This document shows, piece after piece, positions 1-10,136 of a DNA stretch of 64,000 nt. The DNA lies in the NCBI GenBank assembly GCA_963422615.1, contig OY730414.1:1116001-1180000 (forward strand). Direction: 5' to 3'. The translations under genes were made by a program, and so were the position numbers. How positions within the stretch are numbered: the first letter of the stretch is position 1; every line of letters starts with the position of its first letter. The notes beneath the pieces were generated by a model. It had not been told where the DNA came from. It was given only the letters and a program-made list of their open reading frames with translations, and ran no database searches. Source of the stretch: Longimicrobiales bacterium. Its GTDB lineage: Bacteria > Gemmatimonadota > Gemmatimonadetes > Longimicrobiales > Gaopeijiaceae.

Positions 1-10
1 GGCGCCGGGA

Positions 11-1408
11 ATGAAGTTCGGAGAGGCAGGGCGAACGCCTTTTCCAACATGCCGGGCCCGGGGATCCGCCCCCTCCGATCCGCTCCGGTCCCACATCGTC
101 CCACCGGGTGGGCCGTCGACGGTCCGGATCACGCTGGCGGTGCTCGCGTCGCTCGCTGGATCGCCGGCTGCTCTGTTCAGCCAGAGCCCAGGGGCGAACG
201 GAGACCGACCCAGCGTGTTCTTCGACTGCGCGGGGCGAAGCTGCAACTTCAACTATTACCGGACCGAGATTCCGTGGGTGAACTGGGTTCGCCAGCCCGA
301 GGATGCGGATGTTCACCTCATCATGACCAGCCAGGCTACGGGGGCGGGGGGACGGGAGTATCAGCTGGACTTCATCGGCACCGGGGATTCTGAGTACGAG
401 GACCAGCTCCGCTATCGGGCGCCGCTCACGGGCACGGATCGGGAAGCCCTGGATGGAATCGCCCATACCCTCTCCCTCGGCCTGCTCTACTTCGCCAGCG
501 CGAGCGGCTTTGAGCAATTCGCCGAGATCGTGGAAGTCGCCCGGGACGGGATCGATCCGGGGGCGCGGGTCGTCACCGGAACCGAGGTCGAAGATCCTTG
601 GGACTTCTGGGTCTTCAGCCTGAACGGGGGTGCCGAGGTCGAAGGGGAGCAGACTCGCCGCACCCAGCGGGTTGACGGCAGCTTCAACGCGTCCCGCGTG
701 ACCCCCACCTGGAGACTGGGCTTCCGCGGAAACATGAACTTCAACCGGCGGGAGGTCGATCTGACCGAGGGCGAATTCGTGGACCAAAGGACCGACTGGG
801 GCGTGAGGCAGATCGTCGTCTACGCCGTTGCCGACCACTGGTCGATTGGGATGCAGGGTGAAGTCAGCAAAGCGACTCGATTCAACCAGCAATTCCGGAC
901 GGAGCTCACGCCGGCGGTGGAGTACAGCGTCTTCCCCTACGAACAGGCGACCCGGCGGGCGTTGACGGCCTTCTACAAGGTCGGCCCTGCCCACCGACGC
1001 TACATTGAGCCAACCGTATTCGGAGAAACCGCGGAGACTCGCTGGGAGCATGCCGCCGAGGTTGAGCTCTCGCAGCGTCAGCGGTGGGGGGATGCCTCGA
1101 TTCGGCTGCTGGGCTCCCATTTTCTCCACGACACGGACCTTTACAGCGTGGCCCTGAGGGGATACCTGGACGTTCGAATCGCGCGGGGCTTGAGCCTTGG
1201 CGCTGGGGGGAATATTTCTTGGGTGAGCGATCAAATTTACCTCTCGGCCGAGGGTGCCACCGACGCCGAGGCCCTCCTCAACCTCCAGCAGCGCAGCCAG
1301 GACTTCAACTACGAGATCGAGGTCGGATTCTCATTTCAGTTCGGTTCGGTCTACAACAACGTGGTCAACAACCGGTTCGACGGAGGCCGCGGCTTCTACG
1401 GGTTCTAG
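11..1408 (+). CDS. Exported/outer-membrane hypothetical protein (beta-barrel-like)
   Basis: 465-aa ORF. Signal-peptide-like stretch (VRITLAVLASLAGSPAALFSQ), amphipathic beta-strand pattern and C-terminal FGSVYNNVVNNRF. True start is probably downstream of 11. Confidence 0.6.
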   Translation: MKFGEAGRTPFPTCRARGSAPSDPLRSHIVPPGGPSTVRITLAVLASLAGSPAALFSQSPGANGDRPSVFFDCAGRSCNFNYYRTEIPWVNWVRQPEDADVHLIMTSQATGAGGREYQLDFIGTGDSEYEDQLRYRAPLTGTDREALDGIAHTLSLGLLYFASASGFEQFAEIVEVARDGIDPGARVVTGTEVEDPWDFWVFSLNGGAEVEGEQTRRTQRVDGSFNASRVTPTWRLGFRGNMNFNRREVDLTEGEFVDQRTDWGVRQIVVYAVADHWSIGMQGEVSKATRFNQQFRTELTPAVEYSVFPYEQATRRALTAFYKVGPAHRRYIEPTVFGETAETRWEHAAEVELSQRQRWGDASIRLLGSHFLHDTDLYSVALRGYLDVRIARGLSLGAGGNISWVSDQIYLSAEGATDAEALLNLQQRSQDFNYEIEVGFSFQFGSVYNNVVNNRFDGGRGFYGF

Positions 1409-1432
1409 TCGGATCTAGTCGGAGACAAACAC

Positions 1433-2077
1433 ATGAGAAGAACGTACTTTCACGATCAGCTGGCGAAGCTCGCAACCGTCCTGGCGGCCTTCTCGGTGCT
1501 GGTTGCGGCGGATTCCGTCTGGGCGCAGACCCCTGAGCCCCGGACGACGCGCGCACCGATGGTGTTCACGGTCTTTCCTTTTGCCGGGATGTCCGCCAAC
1601 AAGAGGGACGACCGCCTCCCGCTCTCCCCGATGGTCGGCGTCAGGGTGTCCGTCGATCTGTGGAGCCAGGTCACGCCCACCCGCCGGATCGGGACCTTCG
1701 TGGGCCTTACCGGCTCCGTGCTCACGGTCAGTGAACAGCGGGTTTGTCGGCCCAACTCCTGCCAGGGCGCGACCGATTTTCTCGTGGACTACCTGGCGAC
1801 CGCCGATGTCGGCCTCAAGGTTGACGGCCCGGGCCAGCCTTATGCGTTGGTCTTCTTGGGCCGGGCGTACCCTTCCGTTTCCCGCGACTTCGACCCGGTG
1901 ACCCAGCGGTATGGCCAAACCTTGTCGATGACATGGGGAGCCGGAGGCGGCGCGTCCCTCTCCGTCGGAGGGATGTCGATTCAGATCGAAGGACGTTTCC
2001 GAAAAGACACCAGGTTCGGGAGCGACGTTGAGAACGCTTGGGAATTTCTTGTGGGCTTACCCCTGGGTACCCGGTAG
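1433..2077 (+). CDS. Hypothetical outer-membrane beta-barrel protein
   Basis: ATG preceded by GGAGA. Signal peptide ending VWAQ, alternating beta-strand pattern, C-terminal WEFLVGL. Confidence 0.55.
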   Translation: MRRTYFHDQLAKLATVLAAFSVLVAADSVWAQTPEPRTTRAPMVFTVFPFAGMSANKRDDRLPLSPMVGVRVSVDLWSQVTPTRRIGTFVGLTGSVLTVSEQRVCRPNSCQGATDFLVDYLATADVGLKVDGPGQPYALVFLGRAYPSVSRDFDPVTQRYGQTLSMTWGAGGGASLSVGGMSIQIEGRFRKDTRFGSDVENAWEFLVGLPLGTR

Positions 2078-2096
2078 AACCTTGGGAGCGGCAGAG

Positions 2097-5075
2097 TCAG
2101 CCTCTCGACCCGACCGGAAGTCCAGCTCCGACTGATCCGGGGACCGGAGGGGCGGGATCCTCTTCCAGGGCTCCTTCCACGCGCATCAGTTGTTCCCGCT
2201 GGGTCGCCGTCGGCGGATGGAGCGTTCCCTGGCGGACGCCCTGCCCATTGATGGCGCCGTACAGCTGGGCAAGCGTGCGGCGGTGCCGGGCTGACGCTTC
2301 TCCCGAGGCCCCCTCCAGGTGGTCGATGAGCTCGAGAACTCGAAGGAGAAAGGCTTCCCGTTCGCGGTAGTCTGTGGGGGTGAGGGGCAGCTCCGGGTCG
2401 CCGTGAACCCGGATATTCCGGTGGTGGACCCCGCCCCGGGACGACAGCTCGACCCGGTAGACCCCCGGGGAAACGAACGGTCCCCGCCTTTCCAGGGTCC
2501 GGGGCACGTCAGACGGGTCGTGGGCGGCCCATCGAGACGGGCGGGTAAGCCCGTGGCGCAGATCCCAATCGACCCTGTGCAAACCCGGCTCCGCCGGCAC
2601 CTCCACGGCGCGCACTGTATCTCCGGCGGCGTTCGTGATCGTCATCCGGGCCGGGCCGGATCCGGGGCCCAGACGGTAGGTGATGAGGGTCCCGTCGACG
2701 GGGTTCTCCCCCATGAACGCCGACTGGCCACGGTAGGAGGTGTCCTTCCAGTAGTTCATGATCGTTCCGGGCCGGATCCCGTACAGGTATACCGGCGTTT
2801 CCAGGGAGGCCGTATACCGAGCCAGAGGCGCCAGGTCGTCCAGGATCATGATGGAACGGCCATGCGTACCCAGTACGAGGTCCTTCTCCCGGGGATGAAT
2901 TACGAGGTCGTCGTACGCGGTGGTCGGGAGTTCCGGGAAGCGAGCCCAGGAACGGCCCCCGTCCGTACTGGCGTGAACATGGTGTTCGGTCCCCACGAAC
3001 AGAACGTCCGGGTTGTCCGGGTGTTCCGCGATCACGTTCACCGAGCCGGTGGGAAGCTCGGCGTGGAGGGGGATCCAGCGATCCCCGAAGTCCTCCGTGC
3101 GGTAGACATAGGGTCCGAAGTCGCCATCCCGGTGGGCGTCGAAGGTCACATAAGCGGTGCCCCGCGCCTGCGCCGAGGCCGCCACCCGGCTCACGTAGGT
3201 GCCGCTTCGCACCCCTTCCGCACCCGCCGATACCTCTCTCCAGCTGCGCCCACCGTCGTCGGAAACCTGCACGTTGCCGTCGTCGGTTCCCACCCAGAGG
3301 ACGGCGGGGTCCAGCGGGGACTCCGCGATCGCGACGATCTCTCCGTACGAGGCGGTACCGTCGTTCCTGGACAGGGTAATGTCGGCGCCCTTGACCCCCA
3401 TGATCTCCAACCCGTCCCGGTCCTCCTGCCGGGTCAGGTCCCGGGTTCGGACGAAGCTGTTTCCGCCGTCCCGGGAAATGAAGAGCCGGTTCCCTCCCAG
3501 GTAGACCACGTTGGGGTCGTGGCGGGACAGGAGACTGGGAGAAACCCAGTCCCAACGGTACGGATCCTCCCCTTCGGGCGCGTTCAATCGCAGGCTCATC
3601 ATGTCGCCCGTGACATTGTCGAATCGCGTCCAGTTTCCGTTTTGGGAATTGATGTAGATCGTGCGCCCGTCCGGGGCGGCCTGCTGGTACATTCCGTCGC
3701 CGAAGCCGGTTTGCCGCCATTCATCGTCCACGATCCCTTCCCAGGACCGCGTGGCCGAAGGTCCCATCCAGGAGTGGTTGTCCTGCATGCCGCCGTAGAT
3801 CCGGTAGGGGTCCTGGTCGTCCACCGTGATTGCGTAGAACTGTCCGATGGGAAGGTTGTGGATCCGCCGGAACGTGGCGCCCTGGTCGTAGGTCTCGTGG
3901 AGCCCTGCGTCCCCGGCCAGGTAGAAGTGTTCCGGGTCGCCAGGGTCGATCCACATGGCGTGGTGGTCGGCGTGGACCCCCACATCGTAGGTGGGTCGGG
4001 GGGCGATTTCTTCGAAGGTGCGACCGCCGTCTTCGCTCCGGTGGGAGGAGGTGGCAAGCGTGTACACCCGGTTCGGGTTGGTGGGGTCAATGTACACGTG
4101 GGAGTAATACATGGGCCGAATGTTTTGCGGGCTGACCTTCTCCCAGCGCTCTCCACCGTCCTCGCTCCGGTACCCGCCGGACTCCGCCCCGTGCTGCACA
4201 AGCGCGTTCAGGATGTCCGGGTGGGACGAGGAGATGGCGAGGCCGATCCGCCCCTTGTCGCCTTCGGGGATTCCGTTGGTGAGTTCCCGCCATGAATCCC
4301 CGCCGTCCGTCGTCTTGTAGATTCCGCTGCCCTGTCCCCCACCGTTGAATCCCCATGTGCGGCGCTGCCGCTGATACATGGCCGCGTAGAGGGTGTTCGG
4401 GTCGGAGGGATCCATGACCAGGTCCACGGCGCCGGTGTAGTTGTTGATGAAGAGGACCTTGTCCCAGCGCTGACCCCCGTCCCGGGAGCGGTAGACGCCC
4501 CGTTCCGGGGACGGTCGCCACAGATTCCCCAGGGCCGCCACGTACACGATGTCGGGGTCGGAGGGATGGACCTGAACCCTCCCCGTGTGCCGCGTTTCTT
4601 CCAGCCCGAGGTGTTCCCAGGTGGCACCCCCGTCGTCGGAACGGTACACGCCGTTGCCCCAGGACGTGCTCTGGCGGTTCTGCTGCTCTCCCGTTCCGGC
4701 GTAGAGTACCCGCGGGTCGGAGGGGGAGACGGCCAGGTCTCCGAAGGTGCTGGTCGGCATGTGGGCCCACAGGTTGGTCCACGTCACCCCCCGGTTGATG
4801 CTCTTCCACAGCCCCCCCGATGCGGTTGCGACGTACAGGGTCGACGGGTCCCCGGGCAGGGCTTCGACGTCGTGAATCCGACCTCCTGTTAGGGCCGGTC
4901 CTACATGGCGGGGACGGAAGGCCCCCAGCTCGGCCTCCGAGATGGGGCTCTGGGCCTCCACGGGTTCGCTACTCCAGGTCCAGGAGAGGGCGCCCGGACC
5001 GAAAAGGCCGAGAAGGAGGAGGATCCGGGAGGTTCCTGCAGGCACGGATGAGGGTCTGTGGGTCACTGTCTTCAT
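2097..5075 (-). CDS. VPS10/BNR (Asp-box) repeat glycosyl hydrolase-like secreted protein
   Basis: Many SxDGGxTW Asp-box repeats, GGRIHDVE start of the propeller, signal peptide after MKTV. The ORF is open to 5216; ATG 5075 was chosen as the likely start. Confidence 0.85.
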   Translation of the reverse strand: MKTVTHRPSSVPAGTSRILLLLGLFGPGALSWTWSSEPVEAQSPISEAELGAFRPRHVGPALTGGRIHDVEALPGDPSTLYVATASGGLWKSINRGVTWTNLWAHMPTSTFGDLAVSPSDPRVLYAGTGEQQNRQSTSWGNGVYRSDDGGATWEHLGLEETRHTGRVQVHPSDPDIVYVAALGNLWRPSPERGVYRSRDGGQRWDKVLFINNYTGAVDLVMDPSDPNTLYAAMYQRQRRTWGFNGGGQGSGIYKTTDGGDSWRELTNGIPEGDKGRIGLAISSSHPDILNALVQHGAESGGYRSEDGGERWEKVSPQNIRPMYYSHVYIDPTNPNRVYTLATSSHRSEDGGRTFEEIAPRPTYDVGVHADHHAMWIDPGDPEHFYLAGDAGLHETYDQGATFRRIHNLPIGQFYAITVDDQDPYRIYGGMQDNHSWMGPSATRSWEGIVDDEWRQTGFGDGMYQQAAPDGRTIYINSQNGNWTRFDNVTGDMMSLRLNAPEGEDPYRWDWVSPSLLSRHDPNVVYLGGNRLFISRDGGNSFVRTRDLTRQEDRDGLEIMGVKGADITLSRNDGTASYGEIVAIAESPLDPAVLWVGTDDGNVQVSDDGGRSWREVSAGAEGVRSGTYVSRVAASAQARGTAYVTFDAHRDGDFGPYVYRTEDFGDRWIPLHAELPTGSVNVIAEHPDNPDVLFVGTEHHVHASTDGGRSWARFPELPTTAYDDLVIHPREKDLVLGTHGRSIMILDDLAPLARYTASLETPVYLYGIRPGTIMNYWKDTSYRGQSAFMGENPVDGTLITYRLGPGSGPARMTITNAAGDTVRAVEVPAEPGLHRVDWDLRHGLTRPSRWAAHDPSDVPRTLERRGPFVSPGVYRVELSSRGGVHHRNIRVHGDPELPLTPTDYREREAFLLRVLELIDHLEGASGEASARHRRTLAQLYGAINGQGVRQGTLHPPTATQREQLMRVEGALEEDPAPPVPGSVGAGLPVGSRG

Positions 5076-5216
5076 GCTCGCTGGGTGCGTTTGAGGGGCA
5101 TACGGAGGACGGTAAGGAGGCACGTCGCTCCGATGGGAGGGGGCAAGGGTACCACCCGGCGGGCGGTCGCTCAAATTCCCGGCGGTAACCGACGGTAACC
5201 TACGGGCAACCGACAT

Positions 5217-6032
5217 CTATTGTGGCGGGGTCGGGGCTGGACCTCGAACTCCTGGGTCTTGGCCGATCCGGGCCAGGGCGGCCAGCACTTCGGCCAGCAC
5301 CTCGGCCGGCATGTCTTCTGCTCCCAGCATCCACTCCAGGTAGTCCGGGGAGGACCCGGCTACGTCACCCAGGGGGATGCCCTTGTGCCTGCCCCGGTTG
5401 AAAATCAGTCCGCTAGGCGTCTCCCGGAACCAGGCCTCGAACTCGGTCTTGAACGGGGCCACCTGGTCGCAGTAGGCGTGGAGACCGTCCATGTCCCGGG
5501 GAAGGTGGGGGTACCGCCCCAACTGGGCCGCCAGGATCGTCACCGTGGTCCGTGTATCTCCCAGCGCCGTGTGGGCGTCCGGGTGGTCCCGCTCCAGATA
5601 GAAGCGGGCCGCCGCCGAGAGGTCCCGGGGCTCCTCCCGGTGGTAGATCATCTTCATGTCGATGAGCCGGCGGCCCCGAACGTCGAAAGCGACCCCGGCC
5701 CGGCGGAACTCGGCGATCAGGATCGGAAGGTCGAAGCGGCGAATGTTGAATCCCCCCAGGTCGCAGTCGTGCAGAAGACCGGCCAGGGACCTGGCCGTAC
5801 TCCGGAAGTTCGGCTCGTCCGCCACCCCTTCGTCCGTGATCCCGTGGATTGCCACGGCCTCTGCGGGAATGGGGATCCCCGGGTTGTAGCGACGCGCCCG
5901 CTCAAAGACGTCGCCTTGGGGGGAGACCTTGACCACGGCCAGCTCGACGATCCGGTCGCGGGACAGGCTGAGCCCCGTCGTCTCCAGATCGAAGAACGCG
6001 ATGGGCCGATCCAGGTCAAAGGGAAGCTTCAC
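5217..6032 (-). CDS. DEDDh 3'-5' exonuclease (DnaQ/Pol III epsilon-like)
   Basis: FFDLETTG (ExoI), GFNIRRFDL (ExoII), AHTALGD (ExoIII), plus C-terminal GRHKG...PDYLEWM. Confidence 0.9.
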   Translation of the reverse strand: MKLPFDLDRPIAFFDLETTGLSLSRDRIVELAVVKVSPQGDVFERARRYNPGIPIPAEAVAIHGITDEGVADEPNFRSTARSLAGLLHDCDLGGFNIRRFDLPILIAEFRRAGVAFDVRGRRLIDMKMIYHREEPRDLSAAARFYLERDHPDAHTALGDTRTTVTILAAQLGRYPHLPRDMDGLHAYCDQVAPFKTEFEAWFRETPSGLIFNRGRHKGIPLGDVAGSSPDYLEWMLGAEDMPAEVLAEVLAALARIGQDPGVRGPAPTPPQ

Positions 6033-6121
6033 GAATGGGTTGCTCCAGGAGGTCGCCGAACGGGTCCCTGATGATATCCGGCTGGGCCTTGTGGAGGCTA
6101 GGGGGCGTCAACATCGGCCTC

Positions 6122-6430
6122 TCACACGCCACCTTCGATCGGAATGGAGGCATTTCCCGTCGGAGCCGTGGTCGCCGAAGGAAGTCGAAACGCCTTCATC
6201 CGGTCGGTGAACGCCCGGTACCCGTCGGGGCCTCTCTTGACCAGCTTCTTGGCCAGGCGGGCTGTGCGACCGTTGCCGTCGCCGAAGGGGTGGATCCACG
6301 CAATGTACAGGTGAGCGAGCACGGCCCGCAGAATTGCCGCCGCGACTCGGTTATTCCGGTCATCGGCAAATCCCGGTAGCTTCACCGGTGCCTCTACCCA
6401 CGCGCAGAGGCGCTTCAGAAGGTCGTCCTT
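6122..6430 (-). pseudogene. Fic-domain protein remnant (internally deleted)
   Basis: Intact Fic motif HPFGDGNGRTAR in an 87-aa ORF. The in-frame upstream sequence reads DDLLKRLCAW. Far too short for a full Fic protein. Confidence 0.7.
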
Positions 6431-6590
6431 GAGGCATGCAGACGGCCGATTTTCCCGAATTGGCTATACTTCATTACCCCCTTTGGGGCGGCCGCCCCGT
6501 GTCGGCCTGGGGTGTGGAAGAACTTTGGGGCAGCCCACGATTCCCCCCATATCCTCTCCTGGAGCAGGCTTCCGGCAAGAGAGCGGACCC

Positions 6591-7589
6591 ATGCGCGCTG
6601 TCGTCGTCCCCGAATTCGGAGGGGTCGAAGTCCTCCGGATCGAGACCGTGTCGGACCCTGAGCCGTCCCCCTGTGAGCTTCTTGTGAAGGTGCGGACTTC
6701 GGGAGTCAACCGGGCGGACCTGCTCCAGCGCAGAGGGCTGTATCCGCCCCCGCCGGGGGAATCGGAAGTGCTGGGGCTGGAGTTCGCAGGCGTCATCGAG
6801 AGGGTCGGCCGAGCCACCCGTCGTTGGCGGGAGGGCCAGCGGGTGATGGGGATCGTGGCGGGCGGGGGCTACGCGGAGCGGGTGATCGTCCATGAGCAGG
6901 TGGCCGTAGAGGTTCCGGAAGGCGTGAACGACACGGCCGCGGGGGCCATCCCGGAGGCGTACATGACCGCCTTCGACGCGGTGTTCCGTCAAGCCGGCCT
7001 ACGGTCCGGAGAAACGCTGCTCATCCACGCGGTGGGGAGCGGAGTCGGGCTTGCGGCCCTCCAGTTGGCCCGGCGGGCCGGGGTCCGTAGCCTCGGAACT
7101 TCGCGTACGCCGGAGAAGCTGAAGCGGGCGACGGAGATGGGGCTCGACCTGGGGATGGACGGGAGAGAGGCGTGGGATCGGGAGGTCCGGGAAGCGACCG
7201 GGGGCAAGGGCGCCGACGTGATTCTGGACCTGGTGGGCGGCCCCTACCTGGCGGGGAACCAAGCCGCGATCGCCACCGGTGGGCGCCATGTCGTGGTTGG
7301 GGTTCCGGGTGGAAGCCGAGCCGGAATCGACCTTCGGGTCCTCATGGTCCGAAGGGCACGGATGGTGGGGACGGTTCTCCGGCCCCGATCCGTAGAAGAA
7401 AAGGCCGCACTGGCTCGGGAATTCGCCGCGTCGGTCCTCCCGGGCTTTGCCGACGGGTCGCTCAATCCGGTGATCGACAGCATCTTCCCGGCAGTCCGGG
7501 CGGCGGATGCCCATCGCCGCATGGAGGCGAACAAGAATTTCGGGAAGATGCTTTTGGACTGGGAAGCAGACGAAGGGGAACAAACATGA
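6591..7589 (+). CDS. NAD(P)H-quinone oxidoreductase, PIG3/zeta-crystallin (MDR) family
   Basis: GVNRADLLQRRGLYPPPPG, HAVGSGVG, MEANKNFGK motifs. ATG at 6591. Confidence 0.92.
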   Translation: MRAVVVPEFGGVEVLRIETVSDPEPSPCELLVKVRTSGVNRADLLQRRGLYPPPPGESEVLGLEFAGVIERVGRATRRWREGQRVMGIVAGGGYAERVIVHEQVAVEVPEGVNDTAAGAIPEAYMTAFDAVFRQAGLRSGETLLIHAVGSGVGLAALQLARRAGVRSLGTSRTPEKLKRATEMGLDLGMDGREAWDREVREATGGKGADVILDLVGGPYLAGNQAAIATGGRHVVVGVPGGSRAGIDLRVLMVRRARMVGTVLRPRSVEEKAALAREFAASVLPGFADGSLNPVIDSIFPAVRAADAHRRMEANKNFGKMLLDWEADEGEQT

Positions 7590-9124
7590 ATGACAGGACC
7601 CTCGCGGCCGGCGACATCCGTGCGGCGGCCAAGACACAGACGATGGCCGCCAGGGCATTGACGATGGCCAAGAACACAGGGGGAACCGGGCCCCCAGCCA
7701 TGCGGCGGCCGGGCGCGGGATCTCCAGGATGGTGCGGTTGGCGAGGGCTTCGCCGGGCCGCATTCGGGTTGACGGTAGCGTTTGCCGTCCCCGTTTCCTG
7801 GAGCGTGGTTCCTCTGGGTGGCCAGGTACCGCCGTCGACGGATCTGCGCGTCTACGACATCGTGGGTTCCGTTTCGGTCGAGCGGGTCGAAGCCGACATC
7901 CGAACCCTGGCGGGCTTCGGTACCCGCAATACGTTCTCCGACACCCTCTCGGACTCCCGGGGGATCGGTGCAGCCCGCCGGTGGATCAAGGACCAGTTCG
8001 ACCGCATTTCCGATTCCTGCGGGGGGTGCTACGAGGTCGTCTATCAGCGGAGCTTGGTGACCTCCCAAGACAGTCCCCGGATTCCCCAGGACACGTGGGT
8101 CGTGAACGTCCTGGCCATCAAGCGGGGGACGGTGGACCCGAACCGCTATGTGATCATGTCCGGCGACATCGATTCTCGGGCATCGGACGGCTCCGATGGC
8201 ATTTCCGACGCTCCGGGGGCCAACGACAACGCCTCCGGCATGGCCGGCGCGATCGAGGCCGCGCGGCTGCTCGCTGACCACGACTTCGGCAATACGGTGG
8301 TCCTGGCCGGACTCTCAGGAGAAGAACAGGGCCTTTGGGGCGGGCGACACATGGCCCGGATGGCTCGGGAAGAAGGCTGGGAGATCATCGGCGTTCTCAA
8401 TAACGACATGATTGGAAACATCGAAGGCGTCGACGGGGTGATCGAGAACAACACCTTCCGGGTCTTCTCGGAGCCCACGCCGGTGACGGAGTCGGAACAG
8501 GCCCGGGCCCGATACCGCGTATTCGGAGGCGAAGTGGACGGACCCTCCCGGCAGCTGGCCCGATACGTAGCCCGAACCGCCGACGCGTACCTTTCCAACC
8601 TCGATCCTATCATGATCTACCGTCTGGACCGCTTTGGCCGTGGGGGGCACCACCGTCCCTTCAACGACGAGGGCTTCGCCGCGGTGCGGATCATGGAAAC
8701 CCACGAGAACTACATCCGGCAGCATCAGAACATTCGCATCGAGGACGGGATCGCCTACGGAGATGTCGTTGAAGGGGTGGACTTCGATTATGCCGCCAAG
8801 ATGACCGCCTTGAACGCGGCCGTACTCGCCCAGTTGGCCTGGGCACCCCCAGCCCCCGCCACCGCGCGGATCGGCGGGGCGGTCCGGCCCTCCACGACGC
8901 TAGAATGGGACGCGGTCGCCGACCCCAGGGTCGCCGGGTACAGGGTCTACTGGCGGGAAACGACGGCCCCCCGGTGGCAGAACTCCCGCTGGGTCGGAGA
9001 CGTGACCGCCTTTACCCTGGAAGGGCTGGTGATCGACAACTTTCTTTTCGGCGTGGCCGCCGTAGGGATGGATGGCCACGAGAGCGTCGTGACATTTCCG
9101 GGCGGACGCATCGCAAGGCGGTAG
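7586..9124 (+). CDS. M28 family metallopeptidase with C-terminal FN3-like domain
   Basis: SGDIDSR, GANDNASG, SGEEQGL, LNNDMIG and GGHHRPF motifs. ATGA overlap with the upstream stop at 7586-7589. Confidence 0.88.
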   Translation: MNDRTLAAGDIRAAAKTQTMAARALTMAKNTGGTGPPAMRRPGAGSPGWCGWRGLRRAAFGLTVAFAVPVSWSVVPLGGQVPPSTDLRVYDIVGSVSVERVEADIRTLAGFGTRNTFSDTLSDSRGIGAARRWIKDQFDRISDSCGGCYEVVYQRSLVTSQDSPRIPQDTWVVNVLAIKRGTVDPNRYVIMSGDIDSRASDGSDGISDAPGANDNASGMAGAIEAARLLADHDFGNTVVLAGLSGEEQGLWGGRHMARMAREEGWEIIGVLNNDMIGNIEGVDGVIENNTFRVFSEPTPVTESEQARARYRVFGGEVDGPSRQLARYVARTADAYLSNLDPIMIYRLDRFGRGGHHRPFNDEGFAAVRIMETHENYIRQHQNIRIEDGIAYGDVVEGVDFDYAAKMTALNAAVLAQLAWAPPAPATARIGGAVRPSTTLEWDAVADPRVAGYRVYWRETTAPRWQNSRWVGDVTAFTLEGLVIDNFLFGVAAVGMDGHESVVTFPGGRIARR

Positions 9125-9220
9125 TGGACTTATCTTCAAGTTGTCGTCGGCCGGGTGCCCCAAGTGCCCGGATAACCAACGACGACGCAGAAAACCTAAC
9201 GACGATATAAGGAGTGCAGA

Positions 9221-10108
9221 ATGGCGTTTGCAGCCGTTGCAGCCGTAGTGGTCTTGATTGGGGGGGTCGTTCGCTCCCTTCCCGCGAGAAAGGGAGGGAT
9301 TCCGAACAAACTGGCGGGGTACGCAATTATGGTCGTGGGGGTCGGCCTCTTCTTCATGAATGCCGTTGTGGTGATTCGCGTGGGAGAGGTCGGGGTCAAG
9401 CATTTTCTGGGTAAGGTGGATCCGGTTGCATTGGATCAGGGGATCCACATGATCAACCCCCTGGCAGCCGTTGAACGAATGTCCGTGCGGGAGCAATCCT
9501 TCCCACCCCAGGGCGGGGTTGAGCAGATCGAGGCCCAGACCTCGGAGCAGCTGAATGTCACCCTGGAAGTTTCCATCCTGTTCAAGATCGACGGTACCAA
9601 CGCGCCCCATCTCTTCGGCGAAATAGGCTCCGAAGAGCAGATCAAGCGGAGCATCGTCCTGAATGCCGTCCGAAACGGGGTCCGGGATGCGGTGGCGACC
9701 CAGTCGATCAACGACATCTTCTCCCCGAACCGCCGCGAAGTGGCGATCCAAATGAAGGAGGAGATTCAGGCCAAGGCGGCGGCCCGGATCGTGGTGGTGG
9801 ATGTCTTCGCCCGGGACATTCAGGCGCCCTCCCGGGTCCGGGAAGCGATTGAGCAGAAGCTGGAGCGGGAACAGCAGGTCGCTGCGGAGGAGTTCCAGAC
9901 CCAGATCATCCAGGAACGGGCCCGGCAGCAGGCGGAAGAGGCGAAGGGGATCGCCCAGGCCCAGCAGATCATCACCGAGGGACTGTCGCCCGAGTACCTC
10001 ACGTTCTTCTACATTCAGCAGCTGACCGAGATGCCCGAAGGTTCGGTGATCTACGTTCCCACGGAGGCGGGCATTCCCCTCATTCGTAGCCTGGGAGGGG
10101 GACGGTAG
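9221..10108 (+). CDS. SPFH/prohibitin (band 7) family membrane protein
   Basis: N-terminal TM helices, GEVGVKHFLG, AIEQKL coiled coil with EAKGIAQAQ. RBS AAGGAG. Confidence 0.9.
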   Translation: MAFAAVAAVVVLIGGVVRSLPARKGGIPNKLAGYAIMVVGVGLFFMNAVVVIRVGEVGVKHFLGKVDPVALDQGIHMINPLAAVERMSVREQSFPPQGGVEQIEAQTSEQLNVTLEVSILFKIDGTNAPHLFGEIGSEEQIKRSIVLNAVRNGVRDAVATQSINDIFSPNRREVAIQMKEEIQAKAAARIVVVDVFARDIQAPSRVREAIEQKLEREQQVAAEEFQTQIIQERARQQAEEAKGIAQAQQIITEGLSPEYLTFFYIQQLTEMPEGSVIYVPTEAGIPLIRSLGGGR

Positions 10109-10136
10109 TTTCCCGGTGGGCGCCGGGTAGGGGTCG

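Noticed and set aside
5183..5213. Three imperfect 10-11-bp repeats (CGGTAACCGA-like)
   Set aside because: Short and degenerate. Could be a regulator site upstream of the BNR hydrolase, but support is insufficient.
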